The notes beneath the pieces were generated by a model, which was given only the letters and a program-made list of their open reading frames with translations, was not told the DNA's origin and did not search any database. This document shows, piece by piece, positions 1-9,628 of a stretch of 64,000 bases of DNA. The position numbers and the translations under genes are program-made. Origin of the DNA: Phycisphaerae bacterium (GTDB lineage Bacteria; Planctomycetota; Phycisphaerae; UBA1845); assembly GCA_963666835.2 (NCBI GenBank), contig CAXXGO010000006.1, positions 1,632,001 through 1,696,000 on the forward strand, given 5' to 3'. Position 1 is the stretch's first letter. Each line of letters starts with the position of its first letter.

Positions 1-174
1 GAACCCCCTCCGTTTGAAGTGGGCTTACCGGATATGCGGACCTTTCGTTTGGTTCTATTCGGGGGCTACCGCAAACTCGGTCCGAATAGTCCAGCCCGTT
101 TGCAGAGCTACGACCGGGACATACCCCCGGATGAAGTCTCAGCGCGAGCTTGTCGATGTTCTACACGACGGTAG
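1..174 (+). CDS. possible 3' end of an upstream CDS (partial, unknown product)
   Basis: Frame 1 is open from base 1 to TAG at 172-174 (EPPPFEVGLPDMRTFRLVLFGGYRKLG...); no recognisable motif. Confidence 0.3.
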   Translation, partial: EPPPFEVGLPDMRTFRLVLFGGYRKLGPNSPARLQSYDRDIPPDEVSARACRCSTRR

Positions 175-300
175 AGGGCCGGATTGGCTGGGGCGGTCGC
201 TGCATTCTCGATGACGTGAAACCGCTGGACCTGCTACCGTTCGTTTGTCAGGGGACGGGTACGGTTTGGACGGCTGGGTTCGGCAGACGGAGGTGGTGTG

Positions 301-525
301 ATGGGCCGAGAGATCCGTGATCTTTGTGGTAAGGTCTGTCCCTATCCTGTCGTGGAGATCCACCGTGAGATAGACCAACTTCGTAGCGGAGAGGCGTTTC
401 GCTGCATCGTGGACGATCCGCTCGTTCTGAAGTCGGTGCCGGAGGAGATTGAGGATACTCCGGGCGTCTCGCTGACCATCGCCAAGCTCGAGGCCGGCTG
501 GGAGATCACGGTAGTAAAAGAGTAG
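301..525 (+). CDS. TusA/SirA-family sulfur carrier protein
   Basis: ~74 aa with DLCGKVCPYP (CPxP motif) and a DDP motif; GGAGG RBS upstream; adjacent to yeeE-like genes. Confidence 0.85.
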   Translation: MGREIRDLCGKVCPYPVVEIHREIDQLRSGEAFRCIVDDPLVLKSVPEEIEDTPGVSLTIAKLEAGWEITVVKE

Positions 526-547
526 CGGCAAAATTAGGAGAGCCGTA

Positions 548-1144
548 ATGGATGAGAATGCGCAGACTCGCGATCACGCCCGCGAGGTCGTTGACGTTGC
601 CGACAAGACGGGTAGCGCTTCTCGGCCCGACGTCGAAGAACGTCTGCGCCGGATAGAAACGCCACGTGCCGAGGTCACCGGCACTCCGGCGGCTTCGATG
701 AGAACGGCCGTGCATCCGCGCCGACGGCGTTGGACCAGCCCAATGTACATGACGGGCTACTTCGCAGTGCTCAATGTTGTCATGTACCTGACCATTCATA
801 AGTTCTGGATCGGGGGTAGCAGTTTTCTTCCCATGATCGGGATGCTGGGCGAAGGTAACAAGTTTCTCTTCGCCTTTCTGGTGAACATGGGCGTGGTCGT
901 GGGAGCGTTCCTGGGCGCCTACACGAGCGGTGAGTTTTGTCTGCGGTATCCCCGCAAAGGGGATCTGGTCAAGTCGATGGTAGGGGGCACGCTCATCGGT
1001 ATGGGCGTCACCGTTGCGCCGGGCACATGCACGACGGCCTTCGTCACGGGAATGCCCATGCTATCGGTGTCGTCGTTTCTGTCCGCGGCCGGCATCTTCA
1101 TCGGCGCTTTCATTGTGTACAGCCAGACCCTGAGGAGGCGATAA
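548..1144 (+). CDS. YeeE/YedE-family sulfur-compound transporter, half-size subunit (resembles C-terminal half)
   Basis: Hydrophobic helices; GAFLGAxxSGEF and GGTLIGMGVTVAPGTC motifs; AGGAG RBS. Confidence 0.75.
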   Translation: MDENAQTRDHAREVVDVADKTGSASRPDVEERLRRIETPRAEVTGTPAASMRTAVHPRRRRWTSPMYMTGYFAVLNVVMYLTIHKFWIGGSSFLPMIGMLGEGNKFLFAFLVNMGVVVGAFLGAYTSGEFCLRYPRKGDLVKSMVGGTLIGMGVTVAPGTCTTAFVTGMPMLSVSSFLSAAGIFIGAFIVYSQTLRRR

Positions 1145-1146
1145 CC

Positions 1147-1707
1147 GTGCCATTCTATCTACTGGTAGCTCTCGGTGTGCTGTTTGGAATCGGATTCGGG
1201 TTCTTCGTACAGCGGGCGGGTCTGTGCTTCTCTCAGGGGCTGGGTGAGCTTTTCGTTGGAAGAGGTAAACGGATCATCCGCATGTTCCTGCTCGTATTTG
1301 CCATCACCAGCGTTGGGTTCCTCATCAGTGGATACTTCTCGGGATCGCTCGGTCTCAAGCCCGTTGGGCAACTGCGCGGATTCGGGTTCTACAACCTCCT
1401 GTCCGGCATGTTGTTCGGGGCGGGGATAGCCCTTTGCGGCGGGTGCATTCTGGGGACTCTGCGCCAGATTGGAGAGGGCAACCTGACTTTCGTGATTGTA
1501 TTCGCCTTCTTCATTCCCGGCATGGCCCTGGTTGTTTACGGCCTCAACCCGCTGCTCGAAAGCGGCTACAACGTGCAGAAGCCCCTGCTGTCGGAGCTGA
1601 TGGGAGTACCGGCCGGATATGTTACGGCCATCCTGGCAACCGGGGCCGTTGTTGGCCTTGTAGCACTCCGCAGACGCACGAAGAGTGCGCGGCGCGCTGT
1701 CGCGTAG
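1147..1707 (+). CDS. YeeE/YedE-family sulfur-compound transporter, half-size subunit (resembles N-terminal half)
   Basis: GTG start after GAGGAGG; GFFVQRAGLCF and LFGAGIALCGGCILG motifs. Confidence 0.8.
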   Translation: MPFYLLVALGVLFGIGFGFFVQRAGLCFSQGLGELFVGRGKRIIRMFLLVFAITSVGFLISGYFSGSLGLKPVGQLRGFGFYNLLSGMLFGAGIALCGGCILGTLRQIGEGNLTFVIVFAFFIPGMALVVYGLNPLLESGYNVQKPLLSELMGVPAGYVTAILATGAVVGLVALRRRTKSARRAVA

Positions 1708-1708
1708 T

Positions 1709-1794
1709 CCGCAAACGAATGTAGCGTCAGGGCTTGTCCCTGGCGTGGAGGCGTGCGGTGTTTCAGTGGCTTAACCCACAAGGCCGGACGCTAC
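1709..1794. repeat. GTAG-led REP-like palindrome with a partial inverted partner
   Basis: GTAG-CGTCAGGG-cttgt-CCCTGGCG at 1721-1745; inverted partial copy ending CGCTAC at 1794; 1709-1749 matches 40481-40521 at 40/41 nt. Confidence 0.7.
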
Positions 1795-1822
1795 AGTAAG
1801 TTCCGTCGGGCAGGTGGGGCAG

Positions 1823-3031
1823 TTACTCGTAACGCAGCGCGGTTACCGGATCCAGGCTGGCGGCGCGGATGGCCGGGTAGATTCCACTGAGAACTCCGAC
1901 GACCACGGCCATAACCAGAGCGATCGCGATCGCGATCGGCGGGGTGTAGGTCTCGAGGACCTGGGTAAACTCGCCCAGGAAGTTGGCGATAGCCCAGCCG
2001 CATACCACGCCGAGTCCGCCGCCGAGCAGGCTGATAATGCTCGCCTCGGTCAAAAACTGTTTGAGGATATCGAAGCGGCGGGCGCCGACTGCAATCCGCA
2101 CCCCAATCTCCCGTGTTCGTTCCGTAACGGAGACCAGCATGATATTCATGATGCCGATGGCTCCGACCACCAGCGAGATGCCTGCGATACTGTAGAGCAC
2201 CACAGCGAAGATCATGGTCACCTGACTCAGCTCCTGTTTGAACTGGTCCTGTGTGAAGATCGTGAAGTCGTCGGAGTCGCCGGCCTTGATCCGATGCGAG
2301 ACCCGTAGCGTTCTCTTCACGTGGTCGATGCATGCAGGAACTCGGGCGGCGCTCTCGCATTGCACGACGAGGTTGGATAAGTACCGGCTGCCGAACATAC
2401 GCCCCATTGCAGTCGTGAGTGGGATGACGACCTGCTTGTCGACTTCCATGAACCCCAGGGCTCCCTTTTCCTCCATGACGCCGATCACAATGAAGCTCTT
2501 GGAGTTGATCTTGACGGTCTTGCCGATGGCGGGCAAAGCGCCGAAGAGGTCCTCCGCCACGCGGAAACCCAGCACGGCCACCATCGCGTTGCCCCGAACG
2601 TCTTCCCGAGTGATGAAACGCCCCTGGTAGACCTTGTAGTTGTAGATGTCTGCGTACGTTTCCGTTGTGCCGAGTATTGTGCTCGGAGCGTTGCGTTCGA
2701 AGTACTTGACCTGCCCTCCGCCGTTGTACTGGGGAGAGGTGGCGATAATCAGCTCCTCGTTTTCAGCGATTAGCTCGGCGTCCTCCGGCTCAAGCGAGTT
2801 CTTGGCCGCCCGGCGATGGGAGCGCTCATCCATTCCGTTGAAAACGAGAACCTGGTCGGCCCCGAGGGTCTCGAAGCGTTCCAGGATGTTCCGCTGAGCG
2901 CCCTCGAGGATAGACACGGCCGAGATCACCGCCCCGACACCGATGATCACTCCCAGAGTGGCTAGTAGCGAGCGGAGGAGGTTCTGGCGAAGCCCTCGGA
3001 TGGCCATCAGCATTATGCGCAGGTGGAACAT
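1823..3031 (-). CDS. MacB/FtsX-family ABC transporter permease
   Basis: RSLLATLGVIIGVGAV and GAIGIMNIMLVSVTERTREIGVRIAVGA motifs, DPVTALRYE C-terminus; start moved to ATG 3031. Confidence 0.92.
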   Translation of the reverse strand: MFHLRIMLMAIRGLRQNLLRSLLATLGVIIGVGAVISAVSILEGAQRNILERFETLGADQVLVFNGMDERSHRRAAKNSLEPEDAELIAENEELIIATSPQYNGGGQVKYFERNAPSTILGTTETYADIYNYKVYQGRFITREDVRGNAMVAVLGFRVAEDLFGALPAIGKTVKINSKSFIVIGVMEEKGALGFMEVDKQVVIPLTTAMGRMFGSRYLSNLVVQCESAARVPACIDHVKRTLRVSHRIKAGDSDDFTIFTQDQFKQELSQVTMIFAVVLYSIAGISLVVGAIGIMNIMLVSVTERTREIGVRIAVGARRFDILKQFLTEASIISLLGGGLGVVCGWAIANFLGEFTQVLETYTPPIAIAIALVMAVVVGVLSGIYPAIRAASLDPVTALRYE

Positions 3032-3038
3032 CGGCAAT

Positions 3039-3857
3039 TCACTCCGCGATCTCGGGTCGCCCCGGTACCAAGGAACCGGACGCCGGACCGGCCGGCGGGA
3101 GACCCGCGCGGGCGGCGGCGCGCTCTTCGAACACGCGGGACTTGGCGTCCATGGCATTGGCCAGGACCCCGCGGCGATGCTCTGCGCTGACCATGGTGTC
3201 CTCGACGATCCGTCCGTCTCGCATATTGATGATGCGGTCCGCCTGAACCGCAATGTCCGGCTCGTGGGTAACCAATACAATGGTAATCCCGGCGGTATGC
3301 AGTTCGTGGAAGATCTGCATGATCTGCTCGCCCGTGCGGGAGTCTAGGTTCCCGGTGGGTTCGTCGGCGAGGATCAGTTCCGGGTTGTTCACAATGGCGC
3401 GGGCCAGAGCCACCCGCTGGCACTCTCCGCCGGACATTTCGCTGGGGCGGTGGCGGACCCGGTGGTCGAGCCCCACGCGGGCCAGCGCGTCCCGGGCGGT
3501 CTTTCGAGCGAATGGCTTGCGGGTGTAGACCAACGGTACGGTCACATTGTCAATGGCTGACGTTCGGTTAATCAGGTTGAACGTCTGAAACACGAACCCG
3601 ATGTGCTGATTACGAATCCGGGCGAGCTGTTTCTCGGTCATCGTGCTGACCGTCTCGCCGCGCAGCTCCAGCCGCCCCCCGGTAGGCCGATCGAGACAGC
3701 CCAGAATGTGCATGAGCGTACTCTTGCCACTCCCGGACGCTCCGGTAATCGCCACGAACTCTCCTGCGGCCACCTGCAGATCGACCCCATCGAGCGCGCG
3801 CACCACGGTCTCGCCCATGTGGTACTCTCGCCGGAGTTGGTTGGCACGGATAATCAA
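3039..3857 (-). CDS. ABC transporter ATP-binding protein (MacB/LolD-like)
   Basis: Walker A GASGSGKST, MSGGECQR signature, ILADEPTGNLD, VTHE. Confidence 0.95.
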   Translation of the reverse strand: MIIRANQLRREYHMGETVVRALDGVDLQVAAGEFVAITGASGSGKSTLMHILGCLDRPTGGRLELRGETVSTMTEKQLARIRNQHIGFVFQTFNLINRTSAIDNVTVPLVYTRKPFARKTARDALARVGLDHRVRHRPSEMSGGECQRVALARAIVNNPELILADEPTGNLDSRTGEQIMQIFHELHTAGITIVLVTHEPDIAVQADRIINMRDGRIVEDTMVSAEHRRGVLANAMDAKSRVFEERAAARAGLPPAGPASGSLVPGRPEIAE

Positions 3858-3878
3858 AGGATGTAAACCGCGGTCTCG

Positions 3879-5249
3879 CTAGCCTCTGCGTTTCTCTCGG
3901 TTCTTGTCGTCGTCACGTTTAACGGGGAGCTTGGTATAGACGGTCATCCCCTCAGTTAGCCCCTCGCGCGCTTCGGAATAGTTCCCGTTGTCCAGCCCGA
4001 ACTTGCACGCAACGAACTCCGTAGGGTGCTCGCCCGGCGACCCTCCCTTCTTCGGGATGTACACGCCGAGCTGGCCGCTGCTCCCCTCGCGAATGGCCTC
4101 GTTCGGACACAACACGACATTGGATACGTGTTCCGAGGTGAACCGGACGTCGGCCCGCATTCCCGGTAAGAGGCGGCTGCGGTTCTCGCTGGTAATTACC
4201 ACATCCACAAGGTACGTGACCACTCCGCTGAGAGTTTTAGGCTCCGGGTAGATCCGCTCGACGACCCCCTGGAATTCCTCGTCCCGGAAGGACTCGACCG
4301 TGATGACCGGCGAATGTTCGCGGGCCGCCGCGGCCTCCTGCAGGTCCTCGGGCATCACGACCGTCCCTTCGTGCCCGGGAGTAGCCCACTCTGGAGCAAT
4401 GGCCAATACCCGACCGACGTCCGACTCATCCACTTCGCTACGGACGATCAGCCGGTCGACGTCGAGCAGCACGGCCAAGACTGTTCCACCGGTGAAAGTG
4501 GTCTTGCCGCCTTGGATGACCTCTCCGATCTGCGTGCGGATGTCACCTATGATTCCGTCGATCGGTGAGGTGACATCGGTCTCGGCCAATCGTTTCTCTG
4601 CGTCGGCGAGGTTGTTCTTGGCCGTTTCGAAAGTCGCTTCGGCCTGGATCACACTTTGCTTGGCCCGAGGGATGGCCAGCTTGGCCCGCTCCAGAGCGGC
4701 TCGGGCGCTCTCCAATTGGGCAAGCTGGCTCTGATAAGTTGTCTCCCGCTGGATCATCTCCTCTTCATTGCGTTGGTGTGCCGGCAGGTTCTTGAGCTTC
4801 TCCATCCTGAACTTGTGGTAGCGCACCGACGGCTCGAGCTGATCCACCGAAGCCTGAGCGCTGTTCAAGTCCGAAGTCTCGGCCTGTAACAGCGCCAACT
4901 TCGCCTCCTCCAGCCGAGCCTGGGCCACGTCAAGCTCCAACCGAGCCCGGTTGACATTCCGTTGCTCATCGTCCGGTTGGAGCCTGACCAGCAGGTCGCC
5001 GGTTTCCACGCGGTCGCCGGCGTGTTTGAGGATCTCGATTACTTCGCCGCTGGCCTCCGACTTGATCTCCACCCGGCGCGCGGGGCGCACCTCTCCGGTG
5101 GCGTTGATAGGCAACGTCAAGTCTCCGCGAATGACCTTCTCCGTCTTACCCTCAAGACCCTCAATGGGCATTCGCAGTTTGGCCGTGGCGGCCACATAGC
5201 CGACCACCACAGTCGTCAGGACGAAGAACGCGATGAGGATGTTCTTCAT
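3879..5249 (-). CDS. efflux periplasmic adaptor (MacA/HlyD-like MFP)
   Basis: N-terminal anchor, lipoyl-like halves, long coiled coil, VDESDV and LLPGMRADV motifs; operon with ABC genes. Confidence 0.9.
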   Translation of the reverse strand: MKNILIAFFVLTTVVVGYVAATAKLRMPIEGLEGKTEKVIRGDLTLPINATGEVRPARRVEIKSEASGEVIEILKHAGDRVETGDLLVRLQPDDEQRNVNRARLELDVAQARLEEAKLALLQAETSDLNSAQASVDQLEPSVRYHKFRMEKLKNLPAHQRNEEEMIQRETTYQSQLAQLESARAALERAKLAIPRAKQSVIQAEATFETAKNNLADAEKRLAETDVTSPIDGIIGDIRTQIGEVIQGGKTTFTGGTVLAVLLDVDRLIVRSEVDESDVGRVLAIAPEWATPGHEGTVVMPEDLQEAAAAREHSPVITVESFRDEEFQGVVERIYPEPKTLSGVVTYLVDVVITSENRSRLLPGMRADVRFTSEHVSNVVLCPNEAIREGSSGQLGVYIPKKGGSPGEHPTEFVACKFGLDNGNYSEAREGLTEGMTVYTKLPVKRDDDKNREKRRG

Positions 5250-5382
5250 GGTTACGCATCCTTCCTTGGCCGAAACTCATCCGAATCCTCGAACGGCACC
5301 TGCCCGGCCCGGCCGGTTCTCAACACTGCAGGAATCCCGGTGCCGCGCGTCCGTCAACTACCGGCAGCCTTGTCATCCAAGA

Positions 5383-6495
5383 CTAACCGGCTACCGACGA
5401 CGGCGTGTACTCGAGCCCGAAGGCGTCCGCAACCGGCTTGTTCGTCACCTTGCCGCGTTCGACGTTGATGCCCTCGGCCAGCCCCGGGTCCATCCGGCAA
5501 GCCTTCTCATAACCGAGATCCGCCAACTTCAGGGCGTACGGCAGGGTCGCATTGGTGAGGGCGAAAGTCGACGTGCGGCCGACCGCTCCCGGCATGTTCG
5601 CGACTGCATAATGGACGACGTTGTCAACGATGTACGTCGGCTCGTCGTGCGTGGTCGGGTGGATGGTCTCGCAGCAGCCGCCCTGGTCCACACCGACGTC
5701 TACAATGACCGCCCCCGGTTTCATCGACGAGAGATAATCGCGGGGAATGAGTATCGGACAACGAGCCCCCGGAATCAGGACGGCACCAACGACCAAATCG
5801 GCGCTGGCGAGGTACTTCTTCAAAGCGACGCGATCACTGTACACCGTGTAGACGTTCGCCGGCATGACGTCGTCGAGGTAACGCAGCCGGTCGAGGTTGA
5901 CGTCCATTATGACGACGCTGGCTCCGAGACCTGCTGCCACCTTTGCGGCACTGATTCCCACGATACCGCCGCCGATGATCAACACTTCGGCCGGCTCTAC
6001 CCCGGGAACGCCGCCCAGCAGGATGCCGCGGCCCATCATCGGCCGCTCCAGATACTTGGCACCCTCTTGGATGCTCATTTTGCCGGCGACTTCGCTCATC
6101 GGGGTCAACAAGGGCAAGCGCCCCTTGCGGTCGACGATCGTCTCGTACGCCACCGCGATGGATCCGCTCTTGATTACGCCCTCGGTCAGATCGCGATCCG
6201 CCGCAAAGTGGAAGTACGTGAACATTGTCTGGCCGTCGCGCATCATGGCCCGTTCCGGTGCCAAAGGCTCTTTGACTTTGATAATCATCTCAGCCTTGGA
6301 AAAGACCTCCTGGGCGGTGTCGACGATCTGCCCGCCGACCGCGGTGTACTCTTCGTTCGTAATGCCGGAACCGAAACCGGCATTATCCTCCACGAGCACC
6401 GTATGCCCTCGCCTGACCAGCTCGTCTACCCCGCCCGGGGTCACGCTGACCCGGTACTCGTGAGTCTTCGTCTCTTTTGGTACGCCGACAATCAT
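5383..6495 (-). CDS. ald: alanine dehydrogenase
   Basis: MIVGVPKETKTHEYRV, LPLLTPMSEVAG, GGGIVG Rossmann motif, DQGGC, VANMPGAV. Confidence 0.97.
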   Translation of the reverse strand: MIVGVPKETKTHEYRVSVTPGGVDELVRRGHTVLVEDNAGFGSGITNEEYTAVGGQIVDTAQEVFSKAEMIIKVKEPLAPERAMMRDGQTMFTYFHFAADRDLTEGVIKSGSIAVAYETIVDRKGRLPLLTPMSEVAGKMSIQEGAKYLERPMMGRGILLGGVPGVEPAEVLIIGGGIVGISAAKVAAGLGASVVIMDVNLDRLRYLDDVMPANVYTVYSDRVALKKYLASADLVVGAVLIPGARCPILIPRDYLSSMKPGAVIVDVGVDQGGCCETIHPTTHDEPTYIVDNVVHYAVANMPGAVGRTSTFALTNATLPYALKLADLGYEKACRMDPGLAEGINVERGKVTNKPVADAFGLEYTPSSVAG

Positions 6496-6695
6496 GGTGT
6501 ATTACGCTCCGTGAAAAGCAGTACGCCTTTACCGATCTCTGTTTACGCTCGCGGCTGCAACGTCAGACCGCACACTGATCCTGGACTATATCATGGGGCG
6601 GGGGCGATGCAATCGGTTGTAACAGTGTTACTAGCCGGGGCCTGTGAAGAATTGTCACAGTCGAAACCACATTGGATGAGCGGCACTTCCGCGAC

Positions 6696-9303
6696 CTAGT
6701 CCTCAACTGCTCTGACCCGAACGTTGCCGGCCTCGAGAGTGACTTCGATCGCGCCCATGTCGCACGTGTTGTACGTCGGGACCGCACCGATAAGTTCCTG
6801 CACTCCGCCGAGATTGTCCGCGGACCACCGATTGCTGGACTGGACCACCGCCTCGGCGCCCACGGCCGCGATGAACTTTGCGGTCGTGGGGACCACACTG
6901 CCGTGATGGGGTAGTACGAGCACGTCAGCCGAAAGCCGCCCGTGCTCCAGCAACTCCTGTTGGGCCTGCTCTTCGATGTCCCCGGTCATGAGGATCGACT
7001 GGCCCTTGTAAGACAGCCGCAACACCGTCGAAACGTCGTTGGCGGAAAGCCGGTCGTCAACCGTTTGCGGAGGCCACAGCCGCTCGAAGGTGACCCCGCC
7101 GATTGTCCATGAGGAGGCTGACGCATCTTCCACAGTGACAGCTCTGCCCAGCGCGGGAAGCACGACATCGAGTAGGTGCCTAGCGGGCGACCTCGGTGGG
7201 CTCCTCGACGAGAAGTGCTCGTTCACGAGGATGGGACCCACGTCAAACGCCTCAAGCACTGCGGGTAGGCCACTGAAGTGGTCGAGGTTCGGATGGCTGA
7301 GGTGGACGCGGTCCACCCGCGGAATACCGCAGTGTTGCAGGAATGGGACAACCGCGGACCGTCCAATGTCGTACGGGCTCATCGTTCCGCAGTCGTAGAG
7401 CATGGTCTGCCCGTCCGGAAGCTCGATTACGGTTGCCAGCCCGGCCCCGACGGGCCAGGAACGTTGCACGAAGGTGCCCCGGCACAGGATTCGGTCGAGC
7501 CCAGGCAAGACTCGCGACTACGACCAACGCCAAAGCGGCGATACAGGAGCGCGTTTGCCAGAGGTGCGAACCGGGTGGGGTGGTTGATGGTGGCTTCAGG
7601 GAATCGGCAGTCCTGCTCGGGCGGAAGCGCCAGACAACGGCTGCGAGAAGGAGGTAGAAGACGATCATCCACCACCACGGCGGGGTCGGCACTGTCAGCG
7701 AAGCGGCCGGTAGTGCTGCGAGCTGCTCGACCACCGAAATGAGCAGGGCGTCGGCAAAGGTCACGATCACACCGATCGCACAGCCCGCTGTCGGTGACAC
7801 CGCACCGATGATGATCTTCCCGAAGCCCAACAGCATCACCACCGACATCAGCGGGAACACGATAACCGAAGAGAGAGGTCCCCACGGCTGGACTCGGTGG
7901 AAATGGCTCGCGATCACGGGGGCTCCGGCCAGCCACGCGGACACGGACACGATCAGCAGCACCAGTGCCGCGCGCATCACTCGCCGGCCGGTCTGCCGGG
8001 CGGCCATTCGGACGAGCGACACGCCCTCGTTGGCTGTCGTGGGGAACGGCTCAATCCCCAGGTCCGCTGGTGACGGTATTCCGGCGGCCCGACGCAGGAC
8101 GGTCCCGGTGGCTTTGGCGAGCTCGATCAAGGCCGGAGTCAGAAAGCTGACTCCCAGCACGGCCGCGAACGACAACTGGAACCCGACGTCGAGTATGGCC
8201 TCCGGATTAAGCCCGATAAGGGCAATCACTGCCGCCGAGAGCCAATTCAGTCGAGCCCGTGACCGCCGTAAGGTCAACGATGCGCAGAACAGCCCGGCCA
8301 TGATCGCCGCGCGCAAGATCGAAGGACGCGGCTCGGCGACTGCTGCGTAAAGGACTACCGCTCCCAGCATTAGCCAGGCTGATTGCCGTCGCGACACACC
8401 CGCCATCCTGGCTGCCGCCCAGACGAAGGACATCAGCACGACAACGTGCGTGCCGCTCACGGCCAGGAAGTGGGCGCAGCCCGCGTTGATGAAGACGTCA
8501 TTGAGTTGGCGATCGAGCTGCGAACGATGCCCGAGCACCATCGCCTCCAGCAGGCCGGCTTCTTCACTTGCTCCCGCAGCAATGTCGTCCGTGAGCAGGC
8601 CGCGGGCTCGCCGTTGGAGCCATGTTATCGGCCCGCGCGATCCGGCGAACTCGGTTTCAATTGGCCGGACGCACTCGCGGTGCCCGCAACTAAGCCCGGC
8701 TTCGACACCCTGTCTTCGGTAATGCTCAGCCCAATCGTAGCTGCCCGGATTCTGCGGTGGGCGCAGGCGATAGAGCCAGCCGAAGGCCTCCACCTGTTCG
8801 CCTTCACCGATATCGAGAAGCGCCTCCTGTACAGTGACGCGGATTCGCCCGGTGACCGGGAGGTGGCCGCTGGTTCCTTCGATCGAATGTACCTCGAGTA
8901 GAAATGTCGTCCGATCCGATTGGAAGGTCCACGGTGAGAAGGGGTGAGGTGACGCGGCGAGCATTCTTGGGGGGGATACCACCGTACCGGTGACACGGGC
9001 AATCCGCCGATCCGGGCCTGTGTATCGAGCAATGCTTGTGGCCGGGGTCTGTCGGACGAAGATTGCGTGCATTGTCCCACCGAGCGCGGCCGCGGCCAGG
9101 CAAACCAGTATAGGCCCGACCAATGCGCGAATGGTTTTCGGCAACGCGAGTAGCGCGGCGGCGAGGAAAGTCATTAGGTAAACGGTGATTGGCATCTCGG
9201 TGGATCGGTCGATCAGGATTCCGCCGATCATGCCTACCGCTACGGGTAGAAGTGGGGCGGTGCGCATAAGAGTGTCCGATGATTGGATTAGCTGCTTTCT
9301 CAT
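6696..9303 (-). pseudogene. comEC: ComEC/Rec2 competence protein interrupted by a 1-nt frameshift (or sequencing error)
   Basis: Competence domain (HFLAVSGTHV, GFQLSF) in ORF 7252-9336 and metallo-beta-lactamase domain (SHPNLDH, MTGDIE, LPHHGS) in ORF 6696-7508; removing one G from GGG 7452-7454 joins them as FLAVGAGLA. Confidence 0.85.
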
Positions 9304-9369
9304 GACGGGCGATCCTGAGCATACAACTACTACCACATCACCCCGCCTCCGACCAGAACCCCCCCAAAA

Positions 9370-9494
9370 AAAGGGGTCGGGAGTCTTTGTTTTGGGCGCG
9401 CATCACACTGCTTCAACGACGGATGCACCATTGCACGGGTGGCCCATCGCTTTAGCGGTGGGGGACACACCAAACAAAGACTCCCGACCCCTTT
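9370..9494. repeat. 125-bp element with 23-bp perfect inverted repeats enclosing a REP-like hairpin
   Basis: AAAGGGGTCGGGAGTCTTTGTTT at 9370-9392 and its exact reverse complement at 9472-9494; internal GGGTGGCCCATCGCTTTAGCGGTGGGGGAC at 9437-9466. Confidence 0.85.
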
Positions 9495-9498
9495 CTTC

Positions 9499-9527
9499 TT
9501 GCGGTGTTTGGTTGAAGTGTCCATAAT
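9499..9527 (+). promoter_or_regulatory. putative sigma-70 promoter for the GT2 gene
   Basis: TTGCGG-N17-CATAAT about 100 nt upstream of ATG 9629. Confidence 0.4.
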
Positions 9528-9628
9528 AGCCGCCGGTGGGGGACTCGGCGAATGGTGACGGCGGATCGTTTATGCCTGTGGGGGGCGAAGTGGTGATCGC
9601 GCGCCGCTCTCTGTGAGATCGACTGCTG

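Noticed and set aside
301..1707. Selenocysteine recoding in the TusA/YeeE genes
   Set aside because: No in-frame TGA; the motif positions encode ordinary Cys
3032..3280. N-terminal extensions in the ORF track (ABC permease; also 937-1146, 46813-46992, 62680-62973)
   Set aside because: They overlap neighbouring genes or precede family homology; downstream starts fit better and three of the four have a clear RBS
5233..6699. Long antisense ORFs (also 9746-10864, 25197-26117, 40506-41759, 60103-61425)
   Set aside because: Shadow frames of well-supported opposite-strand genes, expected in high-GC DNA
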